Assembly (NCBI RefSeq): GCF_006345805.1
Contig: NW_021836965.1
Coordinates: forward strand, 1 to 22,206
Direction of reading: 5' to 3'
DNA: 22,206 bases
Source: Octopus sinensis
Taxonomy: Eukaryota
Part shown: piece by piece, positions 21,638-22,206 of the stretch
Layout: the number at the start of each line of letters is the position of its first letter
Position numbering within the stretch: the first letter of the stretch is position 1
The notes under the pieces: model-generated
What the model saw: only the letters and a program-made list of their open reading frames with translations
Database searches by the model: none
Told to the model about the DNA's origin: nothing
Made by a program: the position numbers and the translations under genes

Positions 21638-21763
21638 TATTTAATTTTGCTTGCAATAGCCGGGTCTGTTGGTCACTCTGTCGTATCTCCAGCTGCTTCA
21701 GATGCCAAGATATCAAAAACTGTCAAAGTGAAGCACAATGGTTTAGCATTTTTCAAAAGTGTA
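21638..21763 (+). CDS. Coding exon of an unidentified, probably secreted or membrane protein (YLILLAIAGSVGHSVVSPAASDAKISKTVKVKHNGLAFFKSV)
   Basis: Very strong acceptor (T10-CCAG|) and consensus donor |GTAAGT at 21764. 126 nt = 42 stop-free codons with purine-first bias and a hydrophobic start. No family recognised. Confidence 0.62.
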
Positions 21764-22065
21764 GTAAGTCCCACATACGACAGTTTTTGCAACAATATTT
21801 CTGACTGAAAATATCAAACACGTTTGGAGTTGCGATTTTATGCTCCCAACAAAGTATCAGTGTTAAGCTGAAACTGTAAAAAGAAATGGAAGGGTGAAAC
21901 TGGTTTTTCGTTTTCTGAAAAAGAAACGTTTTGGACTTTAAATTTGCATAATAGAAACGATATATATATATATATACATACATACATATGTGTGTGTATG
22001 TGTGTGTATGTGTGTGTGTGTATGTGTGTGTGTGTGTGTGCTTATCAATCACCTGACTTTGGAAA

Positions 22066-22206
22066 TTTGGTCAAGTATCATATACTATGGCCACGGGCGG
22101 ACCAAAACCTTGTGAATGGACTTCGTAAACGCCCGTCGTGCGTATGCGTGTGTATGTTTCATTGTGTGTGTCCCACAACTGATTGTTAAACGGTGATGCT
22201 TTGTTT
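22066..22206 (+). mobile_element. Decayed family-A SINE fragment (central part, microsatellite, start of tail)
   Basis: TTGGTCAAGTA...CTATGGCCACGGGCGGACCAAAACCTTGTGAATGGA...GCCCGTCG aligns to 2166-2245 and 12461-12550, with a short deletion. Confidence 0.7.

Overview
AT-rich, repeat-saturated eukaryotic DNA. The tRNA-type SINEs, MITE and extreme microsatellite load look like an octopus genome (inference from recognised repeat families, not a database hit). Almost every ORF in the supplied track is a microsatellite artefact. The window holds: two nested, internally deleted mariner elements (2247-3391); a heavily decayed R4/Dong-like non-LTR retrotransposon not shown by the ORF track (~8050-10390); about ten SINE copies, two of them head-plus-tandem-unit multimers; and a TTAA-flanked MITE inside a degenerate pentamer satellite. 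The probable 5' end of a + strand gene lies near the right end: a clean 126-nt exon at 21638-21763 that gives a signal-peptide-like N-terminus when joined to an upstream ATG-ending exon. The most unexplained feature is an 82-bp inverted repeat (12318-12399 / 15382-15463). It is 80/82 identical, its arms are ~3 kb apart, both mismatches are A-C on the + strand, and it brackets a candidate ATG-ending exon. No complete gene, rRNA, true tRNA or CRISPR array is supported.
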